From positions 47,245-98,111 of the forward strand of contig CAZJVM010000002.1 in assembly GCA_964549305.1 (NCBI GenBank): 50,867 nt of DNA, written 5' to 3'. The stretch's first letter is position 1, and every line of letters starts with the position of its first letter. Source of the stretch: an uncultured bacterium (GTDB lineage: Bacteria; Schekmanbacteria; GWA2-38-11; J061). This document shows, piece by piece, positions 30,972-40,801 of the stretch. The translations under genes and the position numbers were made by a program. The notes beneath the pieces were generated by a model, which was not told the DNA's origin, searched no databases, and worked only from the letters and a program-made list of their open reading frames with translations.

Positions 30972-32363
30972 ATGAAAAAGAAACTTTGGGGCGGTCGCTT
31001 TAAAAAGGCGACGGACAGCGTCGTTGACGAATTTACCACATCCATAGATTTCGATAAACGCCTTTACAGGGAAGACATAAGGGGGAGCATAGCCCACTGC
31101 AGGATGTTGAAGAAAATAGGAGTCCTTACGGCAGGTGAGTGCTCGAAGATAACGGGAGCGCTGAAAAAAATAGAGAAATCCATAGAATCTGGAAAAATCA
31201 GGCCCGATTCATCGTCGGAAGATATTCATATGTTTATAGAGGCAAAGCTAACGGATATGACCGGCAGTGCCGGAAAGAAACTTCATACGGGAAGAAGCAG
31301 GAATGACCAGGTTGCTCTTGACACAAGGATGTATCTCAAATCCGAGACAAGGGAAATACACCGATTGCTTAAAGCGTTAATATTCGCAGTGCTCGATTTT
31401 GCCGAAATGAACAGGGATGTAATAGTCCCCGGATATACCCATCTTCAGCACGCTCAACCGGTGCTTCTTGCCCATAATCTTCTTGCCTATGCCGAGATGT
31501 TTTCAAGGGATTTGAAGCGTCTTGAAGCCTGTTTTACAAGCGCAGACGTTATGCCTCTCGGTTCCGGCGCCCTTGCGGGTTCAAATTTCAAACTTGACCG
31601 TAAATATGTAGCTGAACAGCTTGGTTTCGGAAAAATTTCATCAAACAGCATTGATGCCGTGAGTGACAGGGATTATCAGGCGGAGTTCCACTTTTTTGCA
31701 TCACTTCTTTTTATGCACCTGAGCAGGCTTTGCGAGGAATTGATATTGTGGAACAGTTCCGAGTTTTCATTCATAGAACTTCCCGATGAATTTACCACGG
31801 GAAGCAGTATAATGCCTCAGAAAAAGAATCCCGATGTCCTTGAGCTTACGAGAGGAAAAACGGGAAGAATTTACGGCAATCTTGTCTCTCTTATGACTGT
31901 TATGAAGGCGCAACCTCTTGCTTATAACAGGGATATGCAGGAAGACAAGGAAGCTCTTTTCGACTCTGTGGACACCGTTAAGGGTACTCTCAATGTCCTG
32001 TCAAAGTTTATGAGTAAAATCAGGATAAGAGCTGACAGAATTGAGTCTGCAGTGGGAGAAGGGTTTATGGAAGCCACGGATATCGCGGATTATCTCGTAA
32101 AAAAATCGGTACCCTTCAGGGAAGCACACGAAACCGTCGGCAAAATAGTGCTTTATTGCATACAAAATGATTGCAGGCTCGAAGATGTCCATATTGATAC
32201 TCTGGTCGGTTTTAACAAAGCCTTTAAAAAAGATATCAGGCATATTCTCGGAGCAAAGAAATCGGTTTCCGCAAAAAAAACGGAAGGCGGAACAAATCCC
32301 GGCGAAGTAGCCAGGAATCTCAAGAAGTGCAGAAACTTTCTCAAAAAATCAAAACTGCCTTAA
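30972..32363 (+). CDS. argH: Argininosuccinate lyase
   Basis: LWGGRF, HTGRSRNDQV, PGYTHLQHAQP, TGSSIMPQKKNPD. Confidence 0.98.
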   Translation: MKKKLWGGRFKKATDSVVDEFTTSIDFDKRLYREDIRGSIAHCRMLKKIGVLTAGECSKITGALKKIEKSIESGKIRPDSSSEDIHMFIEAKLTDMTGSAGKKLHTGRSRNDQVALDTRMYLKSETREIHRLLKALIFAVLDFAEMNRDVIVPGYTHLQHAQPVLLAHNLLAYAEMFSRDLKRLEACFTSADVMPLGSGALAGSNFKLDRKYVAEQLGFGKISSNSIDAVSDRDYQAEFHFFASLLFMHLSRLCEELILWNSSEFSFIELPDEFTTGSSIMPQKKNPDVLELTRGKTGRIYGNLVSLMTVMKAQPLAYNRDMQEDKEALFDSVDTVKGTLNVLSKFMSKIRIRADRIESAVGEGFMEATDIADYLVKKSVPFREAHETVGKIVLYCIQNDCRLEDVHIDTLVGFNKAFKKDIRHILGAKKSVSAKKTEGGTNPGEVARNLKKCRNFLKKSKLP

Positions 32364-32369
32364 AGTATT

Positions 32370-33416
32370 TTGATGAAGAAAAAATTACTCATGTTTAAAA
32401 ATTTTAAAAAAGGCGCTTTATGCATTTTAGCGCTGTTACTTTGCCTTTTTGTCTCCTCCTGCGGGAAAAAAGCGCCTCCGAAACTTCCTTCTCCCGTAAA
32501 GACAAAAGAGATTAAAATACAGAATTCATCGGTTGAAGAAGGTAAAATATCCCTTTCCTGGACTAATGATGCTGATTTATTACAGGCAAAGTTTTTTGAC
32601 ATATACAGAAGCGAGAATGAAGGGGATTTTTTGAAGGTGGCATCAGTTTCCGCGGAAAGAAAAGATGATGAAAAAAATAAAAAAATTCTGAAATACAGCG
32701 ATTCCGAAGGGCTTGAAAGAGGCAGATGGTATCATTATGTGATTTCGGCTATTAATAACAAGGGAGAATTAACGGGAATAAGCGAAACGGAAGATATATT
32801 TTTTTCTGAAGAAGTTTCTTCCCCTGACGCCCTTGTGGGGAAATTGATATACGGGTTCGTCAAATTGAAGTGGAACAATCCCTATTATTTACAGGGGAAG
32901 GGGAAGGAAGATAAAATTGCGGGATATAATATTTACCGGCGAAGGGCGGGCGATGAGTTTTTCAAACCGGTCAACAAAGCATTAATAAGAAAAACAAGTT
33001 TTGTTGATATGAAGATAAAAAAAGACAATGTCTATGAGTATGTCGTTAAGTCCGTAGATAATTTTTTCCCTCCCTGGCACGAAAGTTTTCCTTCCGGGAC
33101 AGTGGTAATAGATACTGCCGACAGGGTACCTCCGGAGACTCCTTCCGGTTTGGTCGCAGTGGGGGGAGTGGACAGGATTAGTCTTCGCTGGGGCAAAAGT
33201 GTTTCCGGGGATGTAGCGGGTTACAATATTTACAGAAGTGATTCCGAAAGCGGAGAGTTTATTCTTCAAAACGAAGGGGTACTCGCGAATGAATATTACG
33301 ATGACGTAAATGTGCAGGCAGGCGAAAGTTATTATTACAGAGTAAGCGCAGTTGACAATTCAGACAATGTCAATGAAAGCGAATTGTCGGAAGTCGCTTC
33401 ATCTGAATCTTTTTAG
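32370..33416 (+). CDS. Lipoprotein with LptM-like N-terminal motif and three fibronectin type III-like domains
   Basis: Lipobox VSS|CGKKAPPKLP; three repeats of LxW...GYNIYR...Y.Y.VxAVD...ES. Confidence 0.8.
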   Translation: MMKKKLLMFKNFKKGALCILALLLCLFVSSCGKKAPPKLPSPVKTKEIKIQNSSVEEGKISLSWTNDADLLQAKFFDIYRSENEGDFLKVASVSAERKDDEKNKKILKYSDSEGLERGRWYHYVISAINNKGELTGISETEDIFFSEEVSSPDALVGKLIYGFVKLKWNNPYYLQGKGKEDKIAGYNIYRRRAGDEFFKPVNKALIRKTSFVDMKIKKDNVYEYVVKSVDNFFPPWHESFPSGTVVIDTADRVPPETPSGLVAVGGVDRISLRWGKSVSGDVAGYNIYRSDSESGEFILQNEGVLANEYYDDVNVQAGESYYYRVSAVDNSDNVNESELSEVASSESF

Positions 33417-33431
33417 GAGATATTCAAAGGT

Positions 33432-34679
33432 ATGAATGAATTTAAGTTTAAGGGGGGTAAGCTTTATTGCGAAGGTGTGTCTGTTGAGAAAATTGCCCAA
33501 AAGGAGGGGACTCCTTTTTATCTTTACAGCAGAAAAACTTTTTTGAGACATTTCAACGCTTTTGACAGCGCCTTTAAAAAAATCGATCATATAACCTGTT
33601 TCGCGGTTAAAGCAAACTCCAATATTGCCGTTTTAAATATCCTTTCAAAAGCGGGCGCAGGCGCGGATATTGTTTCGGGAGGTGAACTTTTTCGCGCTAA
33701 AAAAGCGGGGTTTTCACCTAAAAAGATGATTTTTTCCGGAGTGGGTAAAACAGTTGAGGAGATTGAATATGCCCTTCGCGCAGGAATTCTAATGTTTAAC
33801 ATAGAATCATCTGAGGAGGCGAAAATCATAAATGAAACCGCCGCGAGGATTAAGAAAAAGGCGTCTGTATCATTCAGGATTAATCCCGATATAGACCCGA
33901 AAACTCATCCTTATATTTCAACGGGACTGAACAAAAATAAGTTCGGGATTTCTTTAGATGATGCGGTAAAGGAATACAGTGCGGCAAAGAAAATGAAATG
34001 GCTCGATGTGGTCGGTATTCATTATCATATCGGCTCTCAACTTACATCAGTTACTCCCTTTGTGGACTCGCTGAAACGAATGAAGGTTCTTCTCCAAAAT
34101 CTTCGGGCAGAAGGGATAGATATAAAATATTTTGATATGGGGGGAGGACTCGGCATTACCTACAAGGATGAATCTCCGCCTCATCCCCGCGAATATGCCG
34201 CGGCGCTCACACCGCACATCAAGGGATTGGGATGTACCGTGCTCTTCGAACCGGGCAGGGTAATAGCCGGAAACTCTGGGATTCTCGTCACAAAGACCCT
34301 TTTTACGAAGAAGACAGAAGTGAAAAATTTTGTTATAGTCGACGCGGGGATGAATGACCTCGTTCGCCCCAGTCTTTACGGAGCATATCAGGAAATAGTT
34401 CCCGTAAATAAAAAAAGCGGCAAAAAAGTGGAGGTCGATGTTGTAGGTCCAATCTGTGAGACAGGAGATTTTCTCGCGCGCGACAGGATGTTGAGAACGG
34501 TAAAAAGAGGTGAATTGCTTGCAGTAATGAGCGCCGGCGCATACGGATTTACGATGAGTTCAGTTTATAACTCAAGACCTAAGGTGCCGGAAATACTTGC
34601 AGACGGGAGAAGTTATCAGGTCATAAGAAAGCGTGAAAGCTATGCTGACCTTGTCAGAGGAGAGAAGATTTTTAAATGA
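33432..34679 (+). CDS. lysA: Diaminopimelate decarboxylase
   Basis: FAVKANSN, DIVSGGEL, HIGSQ, GGGLG, EPGR, GPICETGD, AGAYG. Confidence 0.97.
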   Translation: MNEFKFKGGKLYCEGVSVEKIAQKEGTPFYLYSRKTFLRHFNAFDSAFKKIDHITCFAVKANSNIAVLNILSKAGAGADIVSGGELFRAKKAGFSPKKMIFSGVGKTVEEIEYALRAGILMFNIESSEEAKIINETAARIKKKASVSFRINPDIDPKTHPYISTGLNKNKFGISLDDAVKEYSAAKKMKWLDVVGIHYHIGSQLTSVTPFVDSLKRMKVLLQNLRAEGIDIKYFDMGGGLGITYKDESPPHPREYAAALTPHIKGLGCTVLFEPGRVIAGNSGILVTKTLFTKKTEVKNFVIVDAGMNDLVRPSLYGAYQEIVPVNKKSGKKVEVDVVGPICETGDFLARDRMLRTVKRGELLAVMSAGAYGFTMSSVYNSRPKVPEILADGRSYQVIRKRESYADLVRGEKIFK

Positions 34680-35536
34680 ATAATTCACACTTAAAAGGAA
34701 ATGACGGTGGAATAGTCTTTTCGAAAATGACGGGGAGCGGGAATGATTTTATCCTCGTAAATCTCCTCAATCAGACTCTTCCGGAAAGCAATTTGTCTGC
34801 CCTTACCAAGAAAATATGCCACAGGAGTCTTTCTTTGGGTGCAGACGGAGCGATTTACATAGAAAAAAGCTCCGGAGACGCTGATTTTAAATGGAGATTC
34901 TATAACTCAGACGGAAGCAAAGCTGAGATGTGCGGAAACGGCGCGCGTTGTGCCGCGAGATTTGCTTATATGAACAGAATCGCCGGTAAAAAAATGACTT
35001 TTGAAACAATAGCGGGAACAATCAGCGCTGAAATATTGAATGACGAAGTCAAGGTAGGGTTAACCGCGCCAACTGATATGAGAAGTGATTTAATCATCGA
35101 TACAGGCGGTAAACAATATAATGCGGATTTTATTAATACCGGAGTACCCCATACTATCATATTCACCGACGATATTGAAAAGTGCAATGTTGATGAGGAA
35201 GGCAGAAAAATTAGATTTCACGAAGAATTCAAACCGGCGGGAACAAATGTCAATTTTGTCGAAAAGGTAAGTGACGGCTATATAAAGGTGCGCACCTATG
35301 AGCGCGGTGTTGAAGCAGAAACTCTTGCCTGCGGTACAGGGTCGGTAGCTTCTGCCATATTTCATTTTTTAAGAGGTGCTAAAGAATCGCCTGTTACCGT
35401 TTTGGCAAGAAGCGGTGAAGAGCTTAAGGTTTATATTGAAATAAATGGTAATGAAATCGCTGCGGTTTTCCTTCAGGGAAAAACAAGGCATATTTGCAAT
35501 GGCGTCCTTGAACGAGAATCTTGGGATTATAAATAG
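34676..35536 (+). CDS. dapF: Diaminopimelate epimerase
   Basis: GSGNDF, NSDGSKAEMCGNGARC, TGVPH, ERGVEAETLACGTG. Confidence 0.97.
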   Translation: MNNSHLKGNDGGIVFSKMTGSGNDFILVNLLNQTLPESNLSALTKKICHRSLSLGADGAIYIEKSSGDADFKWRFYNSDGSKAEMCGNGARCAARFAYMNRIAGKKMTFETIAGTISAEILNDEVKVGLTAPTDMRSDLIIDTGGKQYNADFINTGVPHTIIFTDDIEKCNVDEEGRKIRFHEEFKPAGTNVNFVEKVSDGYIKVRTYERGVEAETLACGTGSVASAIFHFLRGAKESPVTVLARSGEELKVYIEINGNEIAAVFLQGKTRHICNGVLERESWDYK

Positions 35537-35555
35537 TAATTTTTGGGAGATAAAA

Positions 35556-36431
35556 ATGTTTACAGGAAGTTTGGTGGCAATTGTCACTCCTTTTAAAAAT
35601 AACGCGGTGGACTGGGATACCTTTGAGAAACTCATAGAGTTTCACATCGAAAAGGGAACTGCCGGAATTGTTCCCTGCGGGACAACTGGAGAATCGGCTA
35701 CTCTTACACCTGAAGAGCATAAAAAAGTCATAGAGTTTGCAGTTAAAAAAACTGCCGGAAGAATTTCCGTAATCGCGGGGACAGGGTCAAATTCAACAAA
35801 AGAGGCAATAGCTCTCACGAAAGAGGCAGAGGATTGTGGTGCGTCGGGATGCCTGCTTATCTCCCCCTATTACAACAAGCCCACTCAGGAAGGATTGTAC
35901 AGGCATTTTTCGGCAATTGCCGAAGAGGTGAAATTTCCTATCATCCTCTATAATATTCCTTCTCGCACGGGAATTAATATGCTTCCCGATACCGTAGGCA
36001 GACTGGCATCAGATTACGTGAATATCGAGGGTATCAAAGAGGCATCGGGTTCGCTTTCACAGATGCAGGAAGTTGTTGCCGCCTGTCCTTCCGACTTTGT
36101 TCTTCTTTCCGGTGATGACGCGCTTCTTCTTCCCGTGCTTTCAATCGGAGGCAGGGGCGTGATATCTGTTGTGGCAAATATCGCACCTGAGAGAGTGGTG
36201 AAGGTAATAAATCTTTTCGAATCCGGAAATTTCAACGAGGCAAGACAACTCTACTATGAGCTTCTTCCTTTGATAGGTGCAATGTTTTATGAAACAAATC
36301 CGATTCCCGTTAAAAAGGCGCTTTCACTAATGGGAATGGGCGAAGATGAATTACGTCTGCCACTCGTGTCTATGAGCGCGGGCAATGCTGAAAAGTTGTC
36401 CGCCTGTATGAAGAAAGCAGGAATTATTTAA
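35556..36431 (+). CDS. dapA: 4-hydroxy-tetrahydrodipicolinate synthase
   Basis: AIVTPF, CGTTGES, PYYNKP, LYNIPSRTG, GIKEASG; GGGAGA RBS before ATG 35556. Confidence 0.97.
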   Translation: MFTGSLVAIVTPFKNNAVDWDTFEKLIEFHIEKGTAGIVPCGTTGESATLTPEEHKKVIEFAVKKTAGRISVIAGTGSNSTKEAIALTKEAEDCGASGCLLISPYYNKPTQEGLYRHFSAIAEEVKFPIILYNIPSRTGINMLPDTVGRLASDYVNIEGIKEASGSLSQMQEVVAACPSDFVLLSGDDALLLPVLSIGGRGVISVVANIAPERVVKVINLFESGNFNEARQLYYELLPLIGAMFYETNPIPVKKALSLMGMGEDELRLPLVSMSAGNAEKLSACMKKAGII

Positions 36432-36436
36432 GGAGA

Positions 36437-37246
36437 TTGACACAGATGATAAATATTGCAGTTTGTGGCGCAATGGGAAGAATGGGGCAGAGAATAATCA
36501 ACATTATATCGCAAACCCCAGATGTTACGCTATCAGGTGCGACGGAATCGCCGTCACATCCTCTCTGCGGAGGAAAAATTGATTTTATAAAGGACGGAGA
36601 AACAAAAAAAGTAAATGTTGCCTCAAGCGTTGCTGATGTTGCCGAAAGCGCCCATGTGATAATTGATTTTACGCGCCCCGATGCAACGGAAAAAGCGCTT
36701 GCCTTTGCCGCTGAAAGAGGCAAGGCAATTGTCATTGGCACTACTGGATTGAGCGAAGAACAAAAAAAACTAATTCAGAAAGCATCTGAAAAAATCGCCG
36801 TAGTTTTTTCACCGAATATGAGCATTGGTGTAAACCTTCTTTTTGAGCTTACGGCAACAGCTGCAAAAATCCTCGATAAAAACTATGATATTGAAATTTT
36901 CGAAGCCCATCACAGAAAAAAAGTTGATGCTCCGAGTGGCACAGCGGTGAAACTCGCCGAAATCATTGCAGATACCCTGAAAAGGGATTTGTCAAAGTCC
37001 GGAGTCTACGGCAGGGAAGGTATTGTAGGTGAGAGGACAGATGATGAAATTGGTGTGCACAGCATAAGGGGAGGTTCCATCGTCGGAGACCATACGGTGC
37101 TTTTTGCCGGCACAGATGAGAGAATCGAGCTTACTCATAAAGCGCAGAGCAGAGATGCTTTTGCACGGGGCGCTGTGCGTGCCGCGATATTCGCCGCAGG
37201 CAAATCTTCCGGTCTTTTTTCAATGAAGGATGTGCTTGGTTTTTGA
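36437..37246 (+). CDS. dapB: 4-hydroxy-tetrahydrodipicolinate reductase
   Basis: GAMGRMG, IDFT, IGTTG, EAHHRKKVDAPSGTA. Confidence 0.97.
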   Translation: MTQMINIAVCGAMGRMGQRIINIISQTPDVTLSGATESPSHPLCGGKIDFIKDGETKKVNVASSVADVAESAHVIIDFTRPDATEKALAFAAERGKAIVIGTTGLSEEQKKLIQKASEKIAVVFSPNMSIGVNLLFELTATAAKILDKNYDIEIFEAHHRKKVDAPSGTAVKLAEIIADTLKRDLSKSGVYGREGIVGERTDDEIGVHSIRGGSIVGDHTVLFAGTDERIELTHKAQSRDAFARGAVRAAIFAAGKSSGLFSMKDVLGF

Positions 37247-37614
37247 TATTTGTCAGAAACTTACTTCCAAAAAATTGTAATTTTTTCAGGGAATAATCCA
37301 TTCCATTTGGGATGACAGTAATGTGTGTATTAAAATTCGGAAGAAAATTATTTTCAGATTAATGGCTTTGATAAAATCCGCCATAGTAGGCAGGAAGCTA
37401 TTCGTTCAGGTTTTTAATTAGTACCCGGTTTCATTTATTGAGTGCCGAAAAAATTATCCTTATTCCGGTTTTTTGCCGGAAAACTTCCTTTTCTTCTTGA
37501 TTATAAGTTTTATATTGAATAGCTTTTTCATTATTTGACTTATTTTGAAGTTTTATATGTAAAGTGGAATATTCTTAATCTACGATACTGCCTCCCGTGC
37601 GGCGGAAAAATTAA

Positions 37615-38928
37615 ATGGATAAGAAAGAAGGGTATAAGACTCTCGGTATCTCACTACCGGGGGGAGTGAAACCGTACAATTTTTGGTCATTGATTGCCGC
37701 GGCGTTTCTCGTCAATGTATCTCTCCCGCTTTTTCACATTATTCAGCCCGTCTGGCTTGAGAAGATAATCAGAATCGAGCCGTCGCAATACGGATTCATA
37801 AATTCCAATCTTCAGATTATTATGGAGATTGTCCAGATTCTTTTTCTCGGATATATAGGGATTGCTTCTGACAGATTCGGCAGAAGGTTTCTTCTGTGGG
37901 CGGGATTCCTGTCATTCGGTTTTTTGTTCTACTGCTACGGGTTGTCCGATACTGCGGCAGATATTATGGGTATCTCTCCAATCTATATTGTTTACATTTT
38001 CAGGGGGATAAACGCTTTTTTCTTTCTCTTCCTCTGGCCCCAGATAATAACTCTCATCGCTGATTATACCTATGTTGAAAACAGGGGCAAAGGCATGGGA
38101 ATAGTAAATTTCATTTCTATTTTCGGGGCTTTCTTTTCTCTCATATTTCTTTCGCAGATTCCAAAGCTTGCAGGGATAAGGAGTTTTTTTTATATCGGGC
38201 CCATCGTGGGGATTATGGGTTTTGCAGTGGCGTTCTGGGGAATTAAGGACAGAGAAGATATAGGCATCGGACTTAAAAGGGGAAAAAAAGAAAAGAAGGA
38301 ATGGCGAAGCGTATTTAAGCTTGCAAAGGAAAAGCCGGGACTACGGGTATGTTTCTTTGCCGCTTTTGCCGCAAGGGCGGACCAGTCAATTCTCGGTCTT
38401 TTTCTTATAACATGGGCTGTGAAGATTGCCGCGGATGTGGGCAAGACTTCAGAAGAGGCGACTGCCGTAGCGCCCGCGATTATGGCGGCAAATGTTCTGC
38501 TTGCCACCGTCTTTTCACCTCTATGGGGATATCTTACGGACAGGATAGGGAGAAAAATCGTGCTTGTTCTTTCATTGATTTTCAGCGGCGCGGGATATAT
38601 TTGGATGGGCCTGATTGATTCGCCGTTTCATTTTGAAATGTTTATAATAATGGCTTTCATAGGAATAGGTCTTTCCGGTATAACTATCAGCGCGCAGACA
38701 CTTACGGCAGACCTTTCCCCCGAAAAACTCGTTGGCTCGGTTCTGGGAGTTTACAATACATCCGGTGCTTTGGGGATTCTCTTTTTCGCGTTTATAGGCG
38801 GATATCTTTTTGATAATATCGGCTACACAATGCCCTTTCTCGTTAAGGGAATTGCCGACGTCTGCGCCCTTCTCTATGCCTGCAAAAACTGGAAAAATAT
38901 TTCCGCTGTGCCTTGCTCGCAGGGCTAA
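37615..38928 (+). CDS. MFS transporter
   Basis: About 12 hydrophobic segments; motif A twice (GIASDRFGRR, GYLTDRIGRK). Confidence 0.92.
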   Translation: MDKKEGYKTLGISLPGGVKPYNFWSLIAAAFLVNVSLPLFHIIQPVWLEKIIRIEPSQYGFINSNLQIIMEIVQILFLGYIGIASDRFGRRFLLWAGFLSFGFLFYCYGLSDTAADIMGISPIYIVYIFRGINAFFFLFLWPQIITLIADYTYVENRGKGMGIVNFISIFGAFFSLIFLSQIPKLAGIRSFFYIGPIVGIMGFAVAFWGIKDREDIGIGLKRGKKEKKEWRSVFKLAKEKPGLRVCFFAAFAARADQSILGLFLITWAVKIAADVGKTSEEATAVAPAIMAANVLLATVFSPLWGYLTDRIGRKIVLVLSLIFSGAGYIWMGLIDSPFHFEMFIIMAFIGIGLSGITISAQTLTADLSPEKLVGSVLGVYNTSGALGILFFAFIGGYLFDNIGYTMPFLVKGIADVCALLYACKNWKNISAVPCSQG

Positions 38929-39032
38929 CGGGAACATTTTGGTCCTTCTTAAAAATCGGAAAGCCATGGAAAGACTGCCCCTGATTTTTTTAAATTTTCA
39001 TAAATTTTGACGGCACAGGGAAATAACTTTTT

Positions 39033-39160
39033 TAGTGGATGTCGGATTTGGATGAGAGACAAGGAAGTATACTGCGAGAAATACCGCAGCATACTGTGTT
39101 GTATGTGAGGTTTTCGAGCAGGAGTATGAAGCAGTATATCGCCAAAGTCAGCATCCACAA
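39033..39160. repeat. ERIC-like 128-bp imperfect palindromic element
   Basis: Ends TAGTGGATGTCGGATTTGG and CCAAAGTCAGCATCCACAA pair with each other; central GCAGCATAC-N6-GTATGTGA hairpin; intergenic between convergent genes. Confidence 0.65.
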
Positions 39161-39166
39161 TGGTTG

Positions 39167-39598
39167 TTAGGAAGAAGCAACTCCCGATATATCTTCAATA
39201 GCCAGTCTGAATAAGCTTGGTCCGTCGGGGTTGTTCAGGATAAAATCCGCAACCTTGTCAAAATGAGTTTCTTCCACATTTCTGATTTTTGCGACCATTC
39301 TCATTACCCGGAAGACTTCCTCCCTGTCGGTTAAATAGTCGGCTTTCCCACGTATGCTCGCCGCTTTCCACTGAGGATAGTCGTGGTCGGCGTTGCAGAC
39401 TTTTATGAGGATATTGCTGTTTTTCTTGATGCAGTTGTGCATAGCGCCTCCCGGTCTCGAACCGCAATAGATGAATTTTCCGTCAGTTGCATATGTAACT
39501 TCAATTGCATATGGCGTGTCGCCGTTAACGGCGGTTATTGTGCACCACGTCCAGTCATTGATGAATTGCCTTGTTTCTTCTTCTGACATTTTCCTCAT
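39167..39598 (-). CDS. Pyridoxamine 5'-phosphate oxidase-like (FMN-binding split barrel, NimA-like) protein
   Basis: MRKMSEEE..., PYAIEVTYA.DG.FIY, WKAASIRG; GGAGGA RBS before ATG 39598. Confidence 0.8.
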   Translation of the reverse strand: MRKMSEEETRQFINDWTWCTITAVNGDTPYAIEVTYATDGKFIYCGSRPGGAMHNCIKKNSNILIKVCNADHDYPQWKAASIRGKADYLTDREEVFRVMRMVAKIRNVEETHFDKVADFILNNPDGPSLFRLAIEDISGVASS

Positions 39599-39717
39599 AT
39601 AAATATCCTCCACGAAGAGTTTAAAAATTGCAGGGTTTATCTCTGCCGCGATGAGGCGAGGATAGGAAAAAAATATCAATAAGGCAATTTTATTTTTTGG
39701 GATAATCCGTTACAGAA

Positions 39718-39760
39718 ATAAAAAAGGCGGCTTTATAAGAATAAAGCCGCCTTACTTTTT
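39718..39760. terminator. Intrinsic terminator of the cold-shock gene (bidirectional-looking)
   Basis: Perfect 13-bp stem AAGGCGGCTTTAT-AAGA-ATAAAGCCGCCTT with A/T tracts on both sides. Confidence 0.85.
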
Positions 39761-39773
39761 GCAATTTTTTTAA

Positions 39774-39974
39774 TTAGAGCGGTTTCACATTTACGGCGTG
39801 AAGACCTTTTGGTCCCTCCTGAATTTCAAATTCCACTGATTGTCCTTCGGAAAGGGTTTTAAATCCTCCTCCATCAATTGCGGTGTAGTGAACGAAAACA
39901 TCTTCCTCACCTTCTCTTGAAATGAAACCAAAACCCTTCTTCTCGTTGAACCATTTTACGGTTCCCTGCGCCAT
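39774..39974 (-). CDS. Cold-shock protein (CspA family)
   Basis: [18 protein letters not shown]...[12 protein letters not shown]1/RNP2; AAGGAGG RBS. Confidence 0.97.
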   Translation of the reverse strand: MAQGTVKWFNEKKGFGFISREGEEDVFVHYTAIDGGGFKTLSEGQSVEFEIQEGPKGLHAVNVKPL

Positions 39975-40135
39975 ACTTCTAACCTCCTTTCTCAACGGGG
40001 AGCACTGTAACTCCCAAAAGCTTTAACCGCTTACTGCCGAATTCAGAAGATCTTCGAGGGACCGAAGCCAAACTAAATTCAAACAACAAAAACGATTAAA
40101 TTAGTAAATCCTGCCACTGTCCACCTAACGAAAAT

Positions 40136-40164
40136 ACTTTATGCAATGAAAAATAAAATGGCAA
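40136..40164 (-). promoter_or_regulatory. Putative sigma70 promoter of the cold-shock gene
   Basis: Minus-strand TTGCCA-N17-TAAAGT, giving a 5' UTR of about 150 nt. Confidence 0.5.
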
Positions 40165-40186
40165 GCAAAAAGTTAAGCTTTTACCA

Positions 40187-40780
40187 CTATTTTTGTCCGG
40201 CGATTATATCACCGAGAATAGCTGTTCTCGCCGCGTCTTCAAGAAGGTCCGCAAGATTGAACGCGCCCTTTAAAGTCGGTGAAACAGCTACGGCGCCATG
40301 CCTTTCAAGTATCAGCACATTGAGCTCTTTATCTTTAAACGATGGGATAACAAGATTTGTGAGTTCTTCCGAGCCCGGAGGGGCATAGGGTACAATCTTT
40401 TGTTTGCCTATGTTTTTTTCAAAAGGGCCCGTGACAAGGGGCACTGTCAATCCCCGTGAAGCATAGGCGGTTGCCGCAGTGGAATGGCTGTGTAAAACCG
40501 AACAAATTTCTTCTCTCTCTTTGTAAATACCGCAATGCCATTTTATCTCCTTTGACGGTCTTCCTTCGCCTTCCAAAACTTTACAGTCAAGGTCGACGAC
40601 TATGAGGTTGTCCGGTGTGACATCGCGGAAACTTATTCCCGATGCTGTTACAGCCACTACGTCGCCTCCCGGAAGCCTCACGCTGATATTACCTCCCGCG
40701 CCTGAGCTTAATCCCCTGTTGTATGATTTAACGCATACATCAGCCAATTCTTCCCTAAGTTTTCTGATTTCGTTTTCCAT
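40187..40780 (-). CDS. Class II aldolase/adducin family protein (FucA-like)
   Basis: GGNISVR, TASG, PSKEIKWH, VLHSHS, LERHG zinc-binding His residues. Confidence 0.9.
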   Translation of the reverse strand: MENEIRKLREELADVCVKSYNRGLSSGAGGNISVRLPGGDVVAVTASGISFRDVTPDNLIVVDLDCKVLEGEGRPSKEIKWHCGIYKEREEICSVLHSHSTAATAYASRGLTVPLVTGPFEKNIGKQKIVPYAPPGSEELTNLVIPSFKDKELNVLILERHGAVAVSPTLKGAFNLADLLEDAARTAILGDIIAGQK

Positions 40781-40801
40781 TGTTTCTCCCCGATAAATTC
40801 T

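Noticed and set aside
35445-35555. N-terminal extension of dapA (similar extensions appear on khpA, the csp gene, the PNPOx-like gene and the O-methyltransferase)
   Set aside because: ORF-caller artefacts; downstream ATGs have good SD sequences and match family starts
37247-37614. Riboswitch or sRNA in the 368-bp gap after dapB
   Set aside because: Only a short TTCCGG/CCGGAA hairpin is visible and no recognisable aptamer motif; an Rfam scan would settle it
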